Shown here: positions 1-9,780 of the stretch, in pieces
Position numbering within the stretch: position 1 is the stretch's first letter
Layout: each line of letters opens with the position of its first letter
Origin: a virus
Lineage: Duplodnaviria > Caudoviricetes
Direction: 5' to 3' (one strand)
Length of the DNA: 64,000 nucleotides
Virus record (IMG/VR): IMGVR_UViG_2897059268_000002
Span: 15,728 to 79,727 of that record
Translations under genes and position numbers: made by a program
Notes under the pieces: model-generated
Database searches by the model: none
Told to the model about the DNA's origin: nothing
Seen by the model: only the letters and a program-made list of their open reading frames with translations

Positions 1-85
1 GACTGAACCAGAAGGCATCCAGATGACCTAGTCGGCACACCCGCCCCACCTGAGACCTATCCGCACCGCCAGGAAGAAGACCGCC

Positions 86-976
86 GTGACGCTGGATGCC
101 ATGGACTGGGTTTGGAAGCACTCCCGGTCGAAGGGCAACACCCGGATCGCCCTGCTGTTTGTGGCGGACCAGGTGCGCACCTCGGCGGCCGAGGTGCGGC
201 TGGGACACCGCGCCTTGATGGCGGCTATGAACGCCACGTCGAAGGGCACCGTGGAGGCCGCTCTGAAGAAGGCCATGGACCTTGGCGAGTTGGAGGTCAA
301 GGAGGTCGCTTCTGGGCGTCGAGCGGCTGTCTACCGGCTCCCGAAGGCCGTCGGCTACGCCCGGGAAGCTTCCGGTAGTGCCCCGATTTCCGGGGCGCAA
401 GATTCTGGTAGTGCCCCGGAAACTGGGGCGCAAGACGTCAAGACGGCTTCGGATAGTGCCCCGAAAACCGGGGCACAAAGTTCAGCTTGTGCCCCGGTTT
501 TTGACGCTAGTGCCCCGAAAAACGGGGCACCTCCCCATACCCAAACTACGCAGGCTAGTGAGCCCGCCCCGGAGCCCGACGCCTTCACCCGGTGCCAGCC
601 CCTCGTACAGGCGATGACCGAAGCCGGCATCACCGTCAGCTGGAGCATGAAGCCCTCCGACTGGCTCGACATCGCGGCCATCATCCAGCGAGCCGGAGTC
701 CCGGCCATGGTCGCCTTCGCCCGCGATACGAAAGCCACCGCCCGGCAGCCGGTCCGCTACGCAACGTTCTTCCTCCGCGGCGGCTGGCGCGGCCTCCCAC
801 CCGCCTCCGCAGTACCCCCGCCGCGGCCCGCCTCCGCCGCCGGGAAGCGCCCGCACTGCGGCCACCCGGACTGTGACCCGATCACCCGGACCCGCGAGAT
901 CGAAAACGACCGCGGACTCCGCAACCTCCACCCCTGCCCCGACTGCCACCCCACTGCGAAAGGCCAAGCCGCATGA
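86..976 (+). CDS. Phage replication initiator (N-terminal wHTH, lambda O-like organisation)
   Basis: N-terminal 'AMDWVWKHSRSKGNTRIALLFVAD' wHTH-like start, internal iterons, C-terminal CxxxxC...CxxC; stop overlaps the dnaB start. Confidence 0.75.
   Translation: MTLDAMDWVWKHSRSKGNTRIALLFVADQVRTSAAEVRLGHRALMAAMNATSKGTVEAALKKAMDLGELEVKEVASGRRAAVYRLPKAVGYAREASGSAPISGAQDSGSAPETGAQDVKTASDSAPKTGAQSSACAPVFDASAPKNGAPPHTQTTQASEPAPEPDAFTRCQPLVQAMTEAGITVSWSMKPSDWLDIAAIIQRAGVPAMVAFARDTKATARQPVRYATFFLRGGWRGLPPASAVPPPRPASAAGKRPHCGHPDCDPITRTREIENDRGLRNLHPCPDCHPTAKGQAA
376..531. repeat. Iterons / replication origin inside the initiator gene
   Basis: Palindromic TAGTGCCCCG-N5-6-GGGGCRC units at 376, 409, 454 and 508, plus a half copy at 487. 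Confidence 0.8.
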
Positions 977-2340
977 CCGAGCCCTACTGGGAGCCCGACG
1001 TCGACAACCTCGACACCAGCGCCCCGCCGCACGACCGCGACGCCGAAGCCGCCGCACTCGGCTCCATGCTCCTCAGCCTCAACGTCATCGACCCCATCGC
1101 CGCGGTCCTGTCCTCCGCCGAAGACTTCTACGTCCCCCAGCACCAGATCATCTACCGGGCCATCACCGACCTCTACAGCCGCACCCGCGACCCGAAGATC
1201 GACCCCATCACCGTCGGTGCGGAACTCCTCGCCACCGGCGAACTCGGAAAGATCGGCGGCGCCCCCTACCTCCACACCCTCGTTGCTGCCGTCCCCACCG
1301 CGGCAAACGCCACCTACTACGCCGAGATCATCCGCGAACGCGCACAGCTCCGAACCGTCCTCGAAGCAACCCGCCGCGCCACCCAGCGCGCCCTCACCGC
1401 CGCCCTCACCGCCCGAGAAATCCTCGACGCCGCCATGGCCGACCTCCAGGCCGCCGCCACCGGCACCGCCACCACCAACGTGCGGCTCGCCGTCGCCGAC
1501 CGGTGGATGGGCTTCGTCGACGAACTCGAAGCCGGCACCGACCCGCGTGCCCTCGACACCCCCTGGACAGACCTCAACGACGTCATCGAGCTCAAGCCCG
1601 GCCAGCTCATCACCGTCGGCGCCGCCACCGGAGGCGGCAAGTCACTCCTCGGCATGAACCTCGCCGCACACGTCGCCCTCACCCGCAGCAAGCCCGCCCT
1701 CGTCGCCTCCATGGAAATGGGCGGCAGTGAACTCATGGCCCGCCTCACAGCCGCCGAAGCCGGAGTCGTCCTCGACCGGCTCGTCCGCCGCCAGCTCGAA
1801 CCCGGCGACTGGGACCGCGTATTCAAAGCCGCGCCCCGGCTCCAGAACGCCCACAACTTCATCCTCGACGACTCTCCGAACCTCACTGTCGGGAAGATCC
1901 GGGCCCGCATGCGGTGGATGGCCTCCACCGGGAACCCGCCCGCGATCGTCGTCGCCGACTACCTCCAGCTAATGACGCCCGAAAACAGCAAGCCCAACGC
2001 CAACCGGGCCAACGAAGTCGCCGAACTCTCCCGCGGCTTGAAGCTCCTCGCCATGGAGTTCGAGATCCCCGTCGTCGCCCTCGCCCAGTTCAACCGCGGC
2101 GCCGTCGGCCGCACCCCCCAGGTGTCCGACTTCAAAGACTCCTCCGCGATCGAGCAGGACTCCAACGTCATCGTCCTCATGCACCGCCCCCTCAACGACG
2201 ACGGCACCCCCGACGACGACCGGGCCGGCGAAATCGACCTCATCGTCGCGAAGAACCGCAACGGCGCCTCCGGGCGCATCGTCCCCCTCGTCTTCCAAGG
2301 CCACTACGCCCGACTCCGGTCCATGGGTCGCGGCATCTAA
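973..2340 (+). CDS. dnaB: Replicative DNA helicase, DnaB family
   Basis: PPHDRDAEAAALGSMLL N-terminus, Walker A GAATGGGKS, VVADYLQLM, AQFNR, DFKDSSAIEQDSN, AKNRNG. Confidence 0.97.
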   Translation: MTEPYWEPDVDNLDTSAPPHDRDAEAAALGSMLLSLNVIDPIAAVLSSAEDFYVPQHQIIYRAITDLYSRTRDPKIDPITVGAELLATGELGKIGGAPYLHTLVAAVPTAANATYYAEIIRERAQLRTVLEATRRATQRALTAALTAREILDAAMADLQAAATGTATTNVRLAVADRWMGFVDELEAGTDPRALDTPWTDLNDVIELKPGQLITVGAATGGGKSLLGMNLAAHVALTRSKPALVASMEMGGSELMARLTAAEAGVVLDRLVRRQLEPGDWDRVFKAAPRLQNAHNFILDDSPNLTVGKIRARMRWMASTGNPPAIVVADYLQLMTPENSKPNANRANEVAELSRGLKLLAMEFEIPVVALAQFNRGAVGRTPQVSDFKDSSAIEQDSNVIVLMHRPLNDDGTPDDDRAGEIDLIVAKNRNGASGRIVPLVFQGHYARLRSMGRGI

Positions 2341-2349
2341 GGAGCTGAC

Positions 2350-3096
2350 ATGCAGATTCAGGACGACTGGCGCAGCCACCCCATCGGCGAAGAGATCGTC
2401 ACCGCCACCCACCAGCAGATCACCCGGGCCGGCCACATCCCCGGCCAGCCCGGCGCGCTCGACGGCGACATGACCATCGAGGCACTCCCCACCTGGTACG
2501 GCGGCACCACGTTCAGGTCCGCCCTCGAAGCGTCCTGGGCCGCGACCCTCGACACTCTTCGCATCGCCTGGGAGTACGAGCCCGAGACCATCACCCTCCC
2601 GTCCGGCGCCACCTACATCCCCGACTTCAAGCTCCCCGAGATCGGGGTCTGGCTGGAGGTCAAGGGCACCGGCGTACCCCGAGTCGAAAAGCCCGTCGAG
2701 TTCGGCAAGTCGCTCTCCTGCGACTGCGGCATCTACGACTGCACCTGCCAGTGGCCCGGCGGCGAACTCGTCATCATCGGCCACCCGCCCCGGCCCTACG
2801 ACCCCTGGGCCGACCCGCAGTTCGCCGACCTGGAGAACCTCAACTACCGGGCCATGGCGAATACCCGCCGGCGTCACGGCGGGCACCCCAACTGGACATC
2901 CACCCGCGGCCGGACCGCCTGGCTCACCCGGTGCGCCGACTGCAACCGCGGCACCTGGTTCGACTCCGCCCAGTGCCGTGCCTGCCGCGGCTCTCTCGCC
3001 GAGTGCCACGGCTACCAGGCCGGCGACCCGGGCATCGAGTTCCGGCGGATCACCGGGCCGAAGCCCGCAGGTGACGATGAACCGGAGGTGGCGTGA
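2350..3096 (+). CDS. PD-(D/E)XK nuclease-like protein with Cys-rich C-terminus
   Basis: FRSALEASWA...WEYEPE...YIPDF...WLEVKG motif. Confidence 0.75.
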   Translation: MQIQDDWRSHPIGEEIVTATHQQITRAGHIPGQPGALDGDMTIEALPTWYGGTTFRSALEASWAATLDTLRIAWEYEPETITLPSGATYIPDFKLPEIGVWLEVKGTGVPRVEKPVEFGKSLSCDCGIYDCTCQWPGGELVIIGHPPRPYDPWADPQFADLENLNYRAMANTRRRHGGHPNWTSTRGRTAWLTRCADCNRGTWFDSAQCRACRGSLAECHGYQAGDPGIEFRRITGPKPAGDDEPEVA

Positions 3097-3333
3097 TGCG
3101 CACGTTGAACCCCGACAGGGGGACCGGTCTTGGGGTGGGGTGCGGGCGCGAGGCCCCTTCGCGGGGCAGAGCGGGGCCTCTCGCGGCCGAACAGGCGTCC
3201 AGCGCCCCGGAGCCCCGCCGGGGCGGAGAACGCCAGCGAGGCGCCCAGTGGGCCGCCCGACCGTAAAGAAGCCCAGAAAGCCGACCAAACCGCTCAAATC
3301 TCATCACCCATCGACCCGAAAGGAGTGACCCCG

Positions 3334-4425
3334 ATGAGTTCCCGTAACCGCCGGACCGCCAACGCCGAGGACATGTTCCCCGGAATGCCGGACCTGCTCC
3401 CGAAGGCCCCGCCAAAGGCTGAGGAGGGCGAGCACGTGGCTCGGACCCTTGATGAGGCGATCGCCCGCTCGCACGAGATCCTCACCGAGGCGCTCGCCAC
3501 CCACCCCATCGTCGGCACGTACTGGCTCTCGTCCGGGGGGAACGATTCGGCGATCGTCGGGCACCTGCTGCGTGACCGGTACGACGCGGTGCTGCACGTG
3601 AACACGGGCACCGGCATCCCCGCAACCACCCAGTACGTGACAGATGTTGCTGCCGCTTGGGGCGACACCCTGCACGAGCTGCACCCGAAGAACCGGTACG
3701 AGGATCTCGTCCTCGGGAAGGTCATCGCCGGTTCGGGGCCGAACGCCGGGTGGCGCCCGATCTGGAAGGGGTTCCCCGGGCCGGCTGGCCACAAGGTGAT
3801 GTACCGGCAGTTGAAGAACGAGCCGCTGATGCGGTTCCGCCGGGAAACCCTGGGTGACCAGACGCGGCTGCCGCGCGCCGACCGGAAGAAGATCGTCTAC
3901 CTGGGCGGAATGCGGTGGGGTGAGTCGGAGAAGCGGTTCCGGAACGCCGAGGCGATCGACCCGGACGGCAGCATTGTGTGGGTGTCGCCGCTGGTCCACT
4001 GGACCGACGCTCACATGCGGGAGTACCGGGCCAGGCATCGCTGCCAGCAGGATCACGAGCACGCCGAGCACCGCCTGTGCTTCGACGGGGCGTTGCCGCT
4101 GAACGAGGTCACCGAGCACATCCACATGTCCGGTGAGTGCCTGTGCGGGGCTTACGCGAAGCCGGGTGAGCTCGACGAGATCGAGTTCTTCTACCCGGAG
4201 GTCGCCGCCCGCTTGAAGGCGCTGGAGGCTGAGGCGGATCAGGCTGGGGTGAAGTACTGCCGGTGGGGCCAGAAGAACGGCGGCCCTGATGCCGCGGCGC
4301 CCGCTGGTCGCCTCTGCTCCTCGTGCGTGGAGATCCCGGGGCAGGACGATCTGATCGACCAGTGGCGTGACACCGGGCTGATCACCCCGGAGCAGCATGC
4401 CGCGTTCACCAGGCCCGCCGCGTGA
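3334..4425 (+). CDS. PAPS reductase family (adenine nucleotide alpha hydrolase) protein
   Basis: PP-loop SGGNDS, HVNTG, GMRWGESEKR, SPLVHWT, GECLCG; RBS AAGGAG before ATG 3334. Confidence 0.85.
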   Translation: MSSRNRRTANAEDMFPGMPDLLPKAPPKAEEGEHVARTLDEAIARSHEILTEALATHPIVGTYWLSSGGNDSAIVGHLLRDRYDAVLHVNTGTGIPATTQYVTDVAAAWGDTLHELHPKNRYEDLVLGKVIAGSGPNAGWRPIWKGFPGPAGHKVMYRQLKNEPLMRFRRETLGDQTRLPRADRKKIVYLGGMRWGESEKRFRNAEAIDPDGSIVWVSPLVHWTDAHMREYRARHRCQQDHEHAEHRLCFDGALPLNEVTEHIHMSGECLCGAYAKPGELDEIEFFYPEVAARLKALEAEADQAGVKYCRWGQKNGGPDAAAPAGRLCSSCVEIPGQDDLIDQWRDTGLITPEQHAAFTRPAA

Positions 4426-4615
4426 CCGCCGACGACCGGCCTCCGCGGATCCCGCCGGACGCCCTGGCTGATCTCGATGACCTGCTCCCGCGCCGGCTTC
4501 CGCCGGACGTCCTCACGGATCTCGACGACCTGTGACCCACGCAGTACCGGCTGCCCCCGTTCGACCCGGGGGCAGCCGGCCCGCCCACCGTACCTGCACT
4601 CACCTGGAGCCGTTG

Positions 4616-4768
4616 ATGCCCACCTCACCCACCCCCGCCCCGGTCGCCCCTTCCGAGCTGGACATGTCGCGGGCCGTCATCGAGCACGCCCTGACCGTCT
4701 ACGGCTACAGCACCGACACCGCCCGCGGCCTCGTCGACCGGCTGATCGCCGAAGCGAGGGCCGAGTGA
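4616..4768 (+). CDS. Small hypothetical phage protein
   Basis: RBS GGAG, coupled to the next gene by TGATG. Confidence 0.5.
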   Translation: MPTSPTPAPVAPSELDMSRAVIEHALTVYGYSTDTARGLVDRLIAEARAE

Positions 4769-5220
4769 TGCCGATCTACCTCCCGGCTCCGGCGCACCGC
4801 AACGGCGCCTCCGACGGGCAGGGGTGGAACCGGTTGTCCGTTGCGTCCATGGGTGGCCTGGCGGGTGACGAGTGCGCGCTGCGGCCCCGGGACTACAGCC
4901 ACCTGCGGGAGTCGCAGGACACCCGACGTGCCCGCTACGGCGGCTACGGGCCGTGCGTCACCGCCGGGAACTGCGAGGTCTGCCCGATCTTCCGGGCGAC
5001 CCCTCGCACCCTGCCCTCCCTCGACGACCGAGTCCTCGTCCGCGTGCATCCCGTAGACCGCCGCCCGTACCTGATGAACCGCCCGGACGACGGGTGGGCG
5101 TCGCTGGCGCTCCGGTGGACGTGGCAGGACCTGGCCCGCCTGGACGGGTGGGAGATCGGCCGCCGCCATGTCGACGAGCACGGCGACGGGTTCTGGCTCA
5201 ACCGCTGCACCACCCCGTGA
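4768..5220 (+). CDS. Hypothetical phage protein
   Basis: High GC3 frame, overlapping start/stop. Confidence 0.65.
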   Translation: MPIYLPAPAHRNGASDGQGWNRLSVASMGGLAGDECALRPRDYSHLRESQDTRRARYGGYGPCVTAGNCEVCPIFRATPRTLPSLDDRVLVRVHPVDRRPYLMNRPDDGWASLALRWTWQDLARLDGWEIGRRHVDEHGDGFWLNRCTTP

Positions 5221-5297
5221 CCAGCAAGACGCCCGCCCCGGGAGATAGCCGGGGCGGGCGCCCACCGCACACCGTACCGACCACCAAGGAGCACCCG

Positions 5298-6278
5298 ATG
5301 CCCGACACCACCCCTGACCGCCCCGCCGACCAGCTGCGCGCCGCCGCCGGCCACGCCCCGAGCCCCGAACTCGCCCGCCTGCTGGAGACGCTGGCCGACG
5401 CGTCCGACCACCACACCACCGGGGAGGGCGGTTTCGTGGCGACCGTGGTGCACCCGGCCCTGGCGGTGGCCCGGCAGCTCCTCGGCACCACGACCGAGCC
5501 CGAGTCCGGGTGCGCGCACTGCGGCAGTCCCGACCACTCGTGGGACGACTGCGCGGCCTACACGGCGCTGGTCCGCGACGATGCCGCCGCCGCCCCGCCC
5601 GCGCCTGCCGACCGGGCCGCGACCCGGGACCGGATCCGCCGGGCGATCTGCGAAGCGTCCGGGTTCGACTGGCTCCCCGACGAGCTGATGGAGCCCGACG
5701 AGTACGGGGAGCACGCCGACGCGGTCCTCGCCGTGCTGGGCGCGCCTGCCGACCGGGCCGCCGTGCTCCGCGAGGCCGCCACCGCCCTGGAGAAGCGCGC
5801 CGCCGAACTCGCCGATCACGCCGACGAGCAGGCCTCTGACGCGCTGGAGGACCGCGCGCAGGAGTGGGTGTGGGCCGCCGACCACCTCCGTCGTCTGGCT
5901 GGTGAGGCTGCCGCCGGGGCACACCAGACCGAGCAGGCCTTGCGGGTCCGGATCCGTGAACTCGCCGGGAGTTGGCGCCTCGGAGCCGACGAGGGAGATC
6001 TCGGCCCCGGGTGGGCATCTGCGGCAGCCGCACTTTTCGCTGTCGTCGACAACCCGTACATCACCCACACGGAGGTCGGGCTCGACCACCCCGCCACGAC
6101 GGGGCGTGTCCCCGCTGTCCCTGCCGCGCCCGAGGAGACCACCCCCGCCCCGCAGTGCAGCGCGGGCCTCCTCCCTCCGACGGACGAGGCCGTCGACCGC
6201 TGCGTCCGGCACGGAGCCCACGACACCCACGTCACCGCCGCCGGAGTCCGCTGGCCCAACGAGGACCCGGAGCTGTGA
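5298..6278 (+). CDS. Mosaic hypothetical phage protein with repeated APADRAA junctions and a CxxC...HxxxxC zinc knuckle
   Basis: RBS AAGGAG; 21-bp direct repeat at 5600 and 5741. Confidence 0.7.
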   Translation: MPDTTPDRPADQLRAAAGHAPSPELARLLETLADASDHHTTGEGGFVATVVHPALAVARQLLGTTTEPESGCAHCGSPDHSWDDCAAYTALVRDDAAAAPPAPADRAATRDRIRRAICEASGFDWLPDELMEPDEYGEHADAVLAVLGAPADRAAVLREAATALEKRAAELADHADEQASDALEDRAQEWVWAADHLRRLAGEAAAGAHQTEQALRVRIRELAGSWRLGADEGDLGPGWASAAAALFAVVDNPYITHTEVGLDHPATTGRVPAVPAAPEETTPAPQCSAGLLPPTDEAVDRCVRHGAHDTHVTAAGVRWPNEDPEL

Positions 6279-6568
6279 CCGCCCTCGCAGCCGTGCTGGC
6301 CGCGCTCACCGCCGGGTACGGGCTCGGCCGCTACCAGCCCCTCCACCGCGTCTCCGACTGGGCGAACTGGCACCGGTACGGGAACCGCCCCACCGGGCCC
6401 CGCCGCTGGGCCGTGTACACCGTCCTGTCCGCCGAGAACATCGGCTGGCTGATCGCCCACCCGGTGCAGGGCTGGGACGCGTGGAAGCACCGCCACGACC
6501 CGCCCCCGGCACGCGGCCCCGCCCTCACGTTCACCACCCGCACCCGAGCGCCCGAGGAGACCCGGTGA
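6275..6568 (+). CDS. Small membrane-anchored hypothetical protein
   Basis: GTGA overlap, hydrophobic N-terminus. Confidence 0.6.
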   Translation: MTALAAVLAALTAGYGLGRYQPLHRVSDWANWHRYGNRPTGPRRWAVYTVLSAENIGWLIAHPVQGWDAWKHRHDPPPARGPALTFTTRTRAPEETR

Positions 6569-7065
6569 CCACGCCTCTGCCCGACGGACTCGTTGACTAC
6601 CTCATCGCGCGGGACGCCGAACGAGCCGACGCCGTCACCCAGTTCCTCGGCCGCCTCACCGACCGCGAGCACACCCTCATGCGCGAAGCCGCCGTCATGG
6701 GCTACGTCCAAGGCCGCCGCCACCCGCAGGACGAGGACCAGCCGAAGGACACCGTCACCCTCCGCCTCGTCATCGACGCCGCCCTCGACCTCCCCGACCT
6801 CTACCCGGCCGTCGCCGCCGTCGAGGAGCAGGTGACGACCACGACCTTGGAGCACTTCGTCGTGGTCCGGCAGCCCGACGGAACGTGGGAGCAGGCCAGC
6901 AGCTCCAGCACGGACACCGCGTACATCCAGCGGCAGCTCGCCCGGATGCAGGCCACCCACCCCGACTGGGAGTGCCGCATCAACTGGCTGGCCACCACCC
7001 GCACCACCGGGCCGATCCCGAGGATCGTCCCGGCCGCCACCACCCCCGCCCCTGCTGCCGGGTGA
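6565..7065 (+). CDS. Hypothetical phage protein
   Basis: RBS GAGGAG, GTGA overlap, GC3 bias. Confidence 0.65.
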   Translation: MTTPLPDGLVDYLIARDAERADAVTQFLGRLTDREHTLMREAAVMGYVQGRRHPQDEDQPKDTVTLRLVIDAALDLPDLYPAVAAVEEQVTTTTLEHFVVVRQPDGTWEQASSSSTDTAYIQRQLARMQATHPDWECRINWLATTRTTGPIPRIVPAATTPAPAAG

Positions 7066-7090
7066 TCCCGGCCCAACCACGGAGACGACC

Positions 7091-7783
7091 ATGACCGACC
7101 GCGACGCGATGGTTCGGTACGACCAACTCGCCTCCCGTGTCTACGAGGAGCGGCGCATGCCATCCGGGACTCGGGACCTCCTCCTTGCCCTCGGCTGGGT
7201 CACACTCCGGGATCCTCGCCGCCACGACCCCGCCCTCACCATCTGGGCCCGCACCCGAGACGTGCTGAACGCCGACAACAAGCGCATGTGGCAGCTCATC
7301 ACCGAGGACGTCCCCCGCTACGACTCCGACCTCCACGACGACTCACCCGGCGGCTGCCAGGCCCCGATGATCCGGGCGCAGCGCCTGTGCGGTCGGTCGA
7401 CCATGCATGGGTTCTCCGAGTGCGACCCGGCCACGGGCTGGTCCCGGTACTGGGGGTTCTGCAACCGGCCGCGCTGCCGCGAGTACATGGCCCCGATCTG
7501 GGAGCGGTCGCGCGGCAGCCACAAGCGGGCACCCGAGCCCATCCCGAATGCCGGGGGCCTCCTGCCGCTGTTCTTCTCCTGGAACTGGGAGTCGAAGTAC
7601 CGCAAGGCCATGGAGCTGATCAAGTACCACTCCTCCTGGGAGCCCCCGGGCTACGGCCTCTCCGCCGACGAATGGCCCACCGTCCCCGGCTCCGAGCCCG
7701 TCAAGGCGTTCCCCAAGCTTCGGCTCGTCGCCTCAGGCGGCGAGATCGTCACCCCGCCCGCGCCCCGACTCACCCCCGCCTGA
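7091..7783 (+). CDS. Hypothetical Cys-containing phage protein
   Basis: RBS GGAG, 230-aa ORF with strong GC3 bias. Confidence 0.7.
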   Translation: MTDRDAMVRYDQLASRVYEERRMPSGTRDLLLALGWVTLRDPRRHDPALTIWARTRDVLNADNKRMWQLITEDVPRYDSDLHDDSPGGCQAPMIRAQRLCGRSTMHGFSECDPATGWSRYWGFCNRPRCREYMAPIWERSRGSHKRAPEPIPNAGGLLPLFFSWNWESKYRKAMELIKYHSSWEPPGYGLSADEWPTVPGSEPVKAFPKLRLVASGGEIVTPPAPRLTPA

Positions 7784-7851
7784 CCACCCCTGCTGTGTGG
7801 CCGCCCCACCACAGGCGGCCACCCTGACCCCGAACCCCGGAAGGACCACCT

Positions 7852-8073
7852 GTGATCGCCTCCCTCACCTGGCAGCCCGATGACACCGACCAGCCCGAGA
7901 CCGTCACCATCGACATGCCCGCCCACCTGGTCGCCGACCTCCAGCACCTCATCGACGCCCGGCATGACTTCGGGGACGCCGTGGCCTGGATCCCCACCCG
8001 CGACGACGCCGGGGCATACATTCCGCGCCTCTTCCGCCTGGCCCGCATCACCGCCACCGAGGGGGCCCGGTGA
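7852..8073 (+). CDS. Small hypothetical protein
   Basis: RBS GAAGGA, GC3 bias. Confidence 0.6.
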   Translation: MIASLTWQPDDTDQPETVTIDMPAHLVADLQHLIDARHDFGDAVAWIPTRDDAGAYIPRLFRLARITATEGAR

Positions 8074-8200
8074 CCACCCAGCCCGCGCCTATCTGCCAGT
8101 GGTGCCAGCAGCCCGCCCAACCACCCGTCACCTTGTGGGACGGGCGCCCCCAGTGCGACGACCCGCACGCCTGCGCCAAGCGCATCCCGAAGGAGGAGCA

Positions 8201-8737
8201 GTGACCACCCAGCCCGAGGCCGAGAACCTGGCCGCAGTCCGCGAGGCAGTCACCGACAGCATCAGCTTCTCCGAGGCCGCGAACCTGTCCGAGACCCCCA
8301 ACACCCTCACCGACGCCCTCCACGCGCAGGCCCTCCTCCAAGCCGCCCGCATCGTCACCGCCACAGCTACACCGGGCAGCTCGCTGACCGAAGCCGTCGA
8401 AGGGGTCGTGCGCGCGCTTCACCGGGAGGCTGCCCGCCTGATCGCACCTGAGGCCACTGGCACCGCAGAACCGAACCTCGCCGCCATAGACAAGGCGTCC
8501 CGGGAACTGTCCCCGGCGCTCCGGCAGTCACGCGCGCAGCTGGCCGACGAGGCCGAACGGTGCCCAGAGTGCACCACCAGCCTGGCCATCTACCCCGACG
8601 ACGAGCTCGTCTACTGGCGCCAGGACCCGCGCCCGTTCTGCTCCGGCGAATGCGCCATCGAGTTCGATGCCCGCCGCAACGCCGCCGACGTTTACCGCCG
8701 AGCCTGGGACGCCGTCCGCAAGGGAGACCGCCCATGA
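8201..8737 (+). CDS. Hypothetical protein with C-terminal CxxC...CSxxC zinc motif
   Basis: RBS AGGAGG; CPEC...FCSGEC. Confidence 0.65.
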   Translation: MTTQPEAENLAAVREAVTDSISFSEAANLSETPNTLTDALHAQALLQAARIVTATATPGSSLTEAVEGVVRALHREAARLIAPEATGTAEPNLAAIDKASRELSPALRQSRAQLADEAERCPECTTSLAIYPDDELVYWRQDPRPFCSGECAIEFDARRNAADVYRRAWDAVRKGDRP

Positions 8738-9141
8738 CCACCAGGCGAATCCCCCTCGACGATCACACCAGCGACACCCTCGACGCCCTCTACGACGAAC
8801 GCGACGAGGCCAGGCTCAAGGCCGCCAACCTTGAACGGGACCTGCGCACCGAACGCTGGTACGCCGAAGACCGAAAGCGCGGGCTGCGCCTGCAACGGCA
8901 GCGTGCTGAGAAAGCCGAGGCCCGTGTCCGCGGGCTGGAGGGCATCGTCGCCCGCGTCAACCGGGCCGTCGACACCGGGCCGGTCGGTGCCTGCTGTGCC
9001 CACATCATCCGCGCCGCCCTCACCCCGCCCGCCGGCCTGTGCGGGTGCGGGCGCCCCGACCCCGGGCCCTGCACCCCCTGCCCCCACCGGAGCACCAGCC
9101 TCCACTGCGCCTGCGTCTGCACACCCCAGGCCGCCCCGTGA
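8734..9141 (+). CDS. Hypothetical coiled-coil / Cys-rich protein
   Basis: ATGA overlap; TSDTLDALYDERD motif typical of actinophage early proteins. Confidence 0.6.
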   Translation: MTTRRIPLDDHTSDTLDALYDERDEARLKAANLERDLRTERWYAEDRKRGLRLQRQRAEKAEARVRGLEGIVARVNRAVDTGPVGACCAHIIRAALTPPAGLCGCGRPDPGPCTPCPHRSTSLHCACVCTPQAAP

Positions 9142-9230
9142 CCGGGCCACCCCCGTGCGCCTACGGGTACCCCTGCCACTACGACGACGAGGCAGGGGCC
9201 TGCCCCTGCGACACCCCGCCCCCGCCCCCG

Positions 9231-9672
9231 CATCTCGGCGTCAGAACCGCCTCGCCAGGCAACACCGCTCACGCATGGGTCATGCTCCGCACCTCACGCA
9301 TAGCGGATGGCTGTGCCATAGCCCTGGCAAACCGTCCGGGTCTCGATCCTCTCGCCCGACATGAAGCCCACCCTCGTGCTCGTGTCCGACACAGTGACAA
9401 AACGCACCCCAATGACCGCGTCAGCCCTATGACTCGCGGCCGTCGACTCCAGACTGGAGTGCGCCTCGCTCAAATTCGGGGCCTCCGCCCCCCAGATCAA
9501 CCAACTCTGGCCAATGGCAAGCCCCGTCAACGGCGAATCGGTAGTAGTCATCGGTATTTGCTGTCCCTGTTTCCCCATCACGTCAGTGTGGCGGATCTGG
9601 CGTGCCACGTCACCGGACGGGGCCTAGCCTCGTCTCGCCGTCAGAACCGCATCGCCGGGTGGCACCGCTGAC
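9231..9672 (+). repeat. Imperfect 42-bp direct repeats (9231-9272 and 9631-9672) flanking an inverted gene
   Basis: CATCTCGGCGTCAGAACCGCCTCGCCAGGCAACACCGCTCAC versus CGTCTCGCCGTCAGAACCGCATCGCCGGGTGGCACCGCTGAC, 34/42 identical by hand count. Confidence 0.8.
9294..9578 (-). CDS. YbjQ/UPF0145-like (putative heavy-metal-binding) protein
   Basis: ADAVIGVRF and terminal YGTAI motifs. Confidence 0.65.
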   Translation of the reverse strand: MGKQGQQIPMTTTDSPLTGLAIGQSWLIWGAEAPNLSEAHSSLESTAASHRADAVIGVRFVTVSDTSTRVGFMSGERIETRTVCQGYGTAIRYA

Positions 9673-9780
9673 ACAGCGTCGTCGTCGGCAGCCCGTCACG
9701 GCCGGTCGTATCCCGCCGACCTGGACGCCTCCACCGGATCCGGTGGACGCCTCGCTCCGCGCCCGGCATCGTCTTGACCC

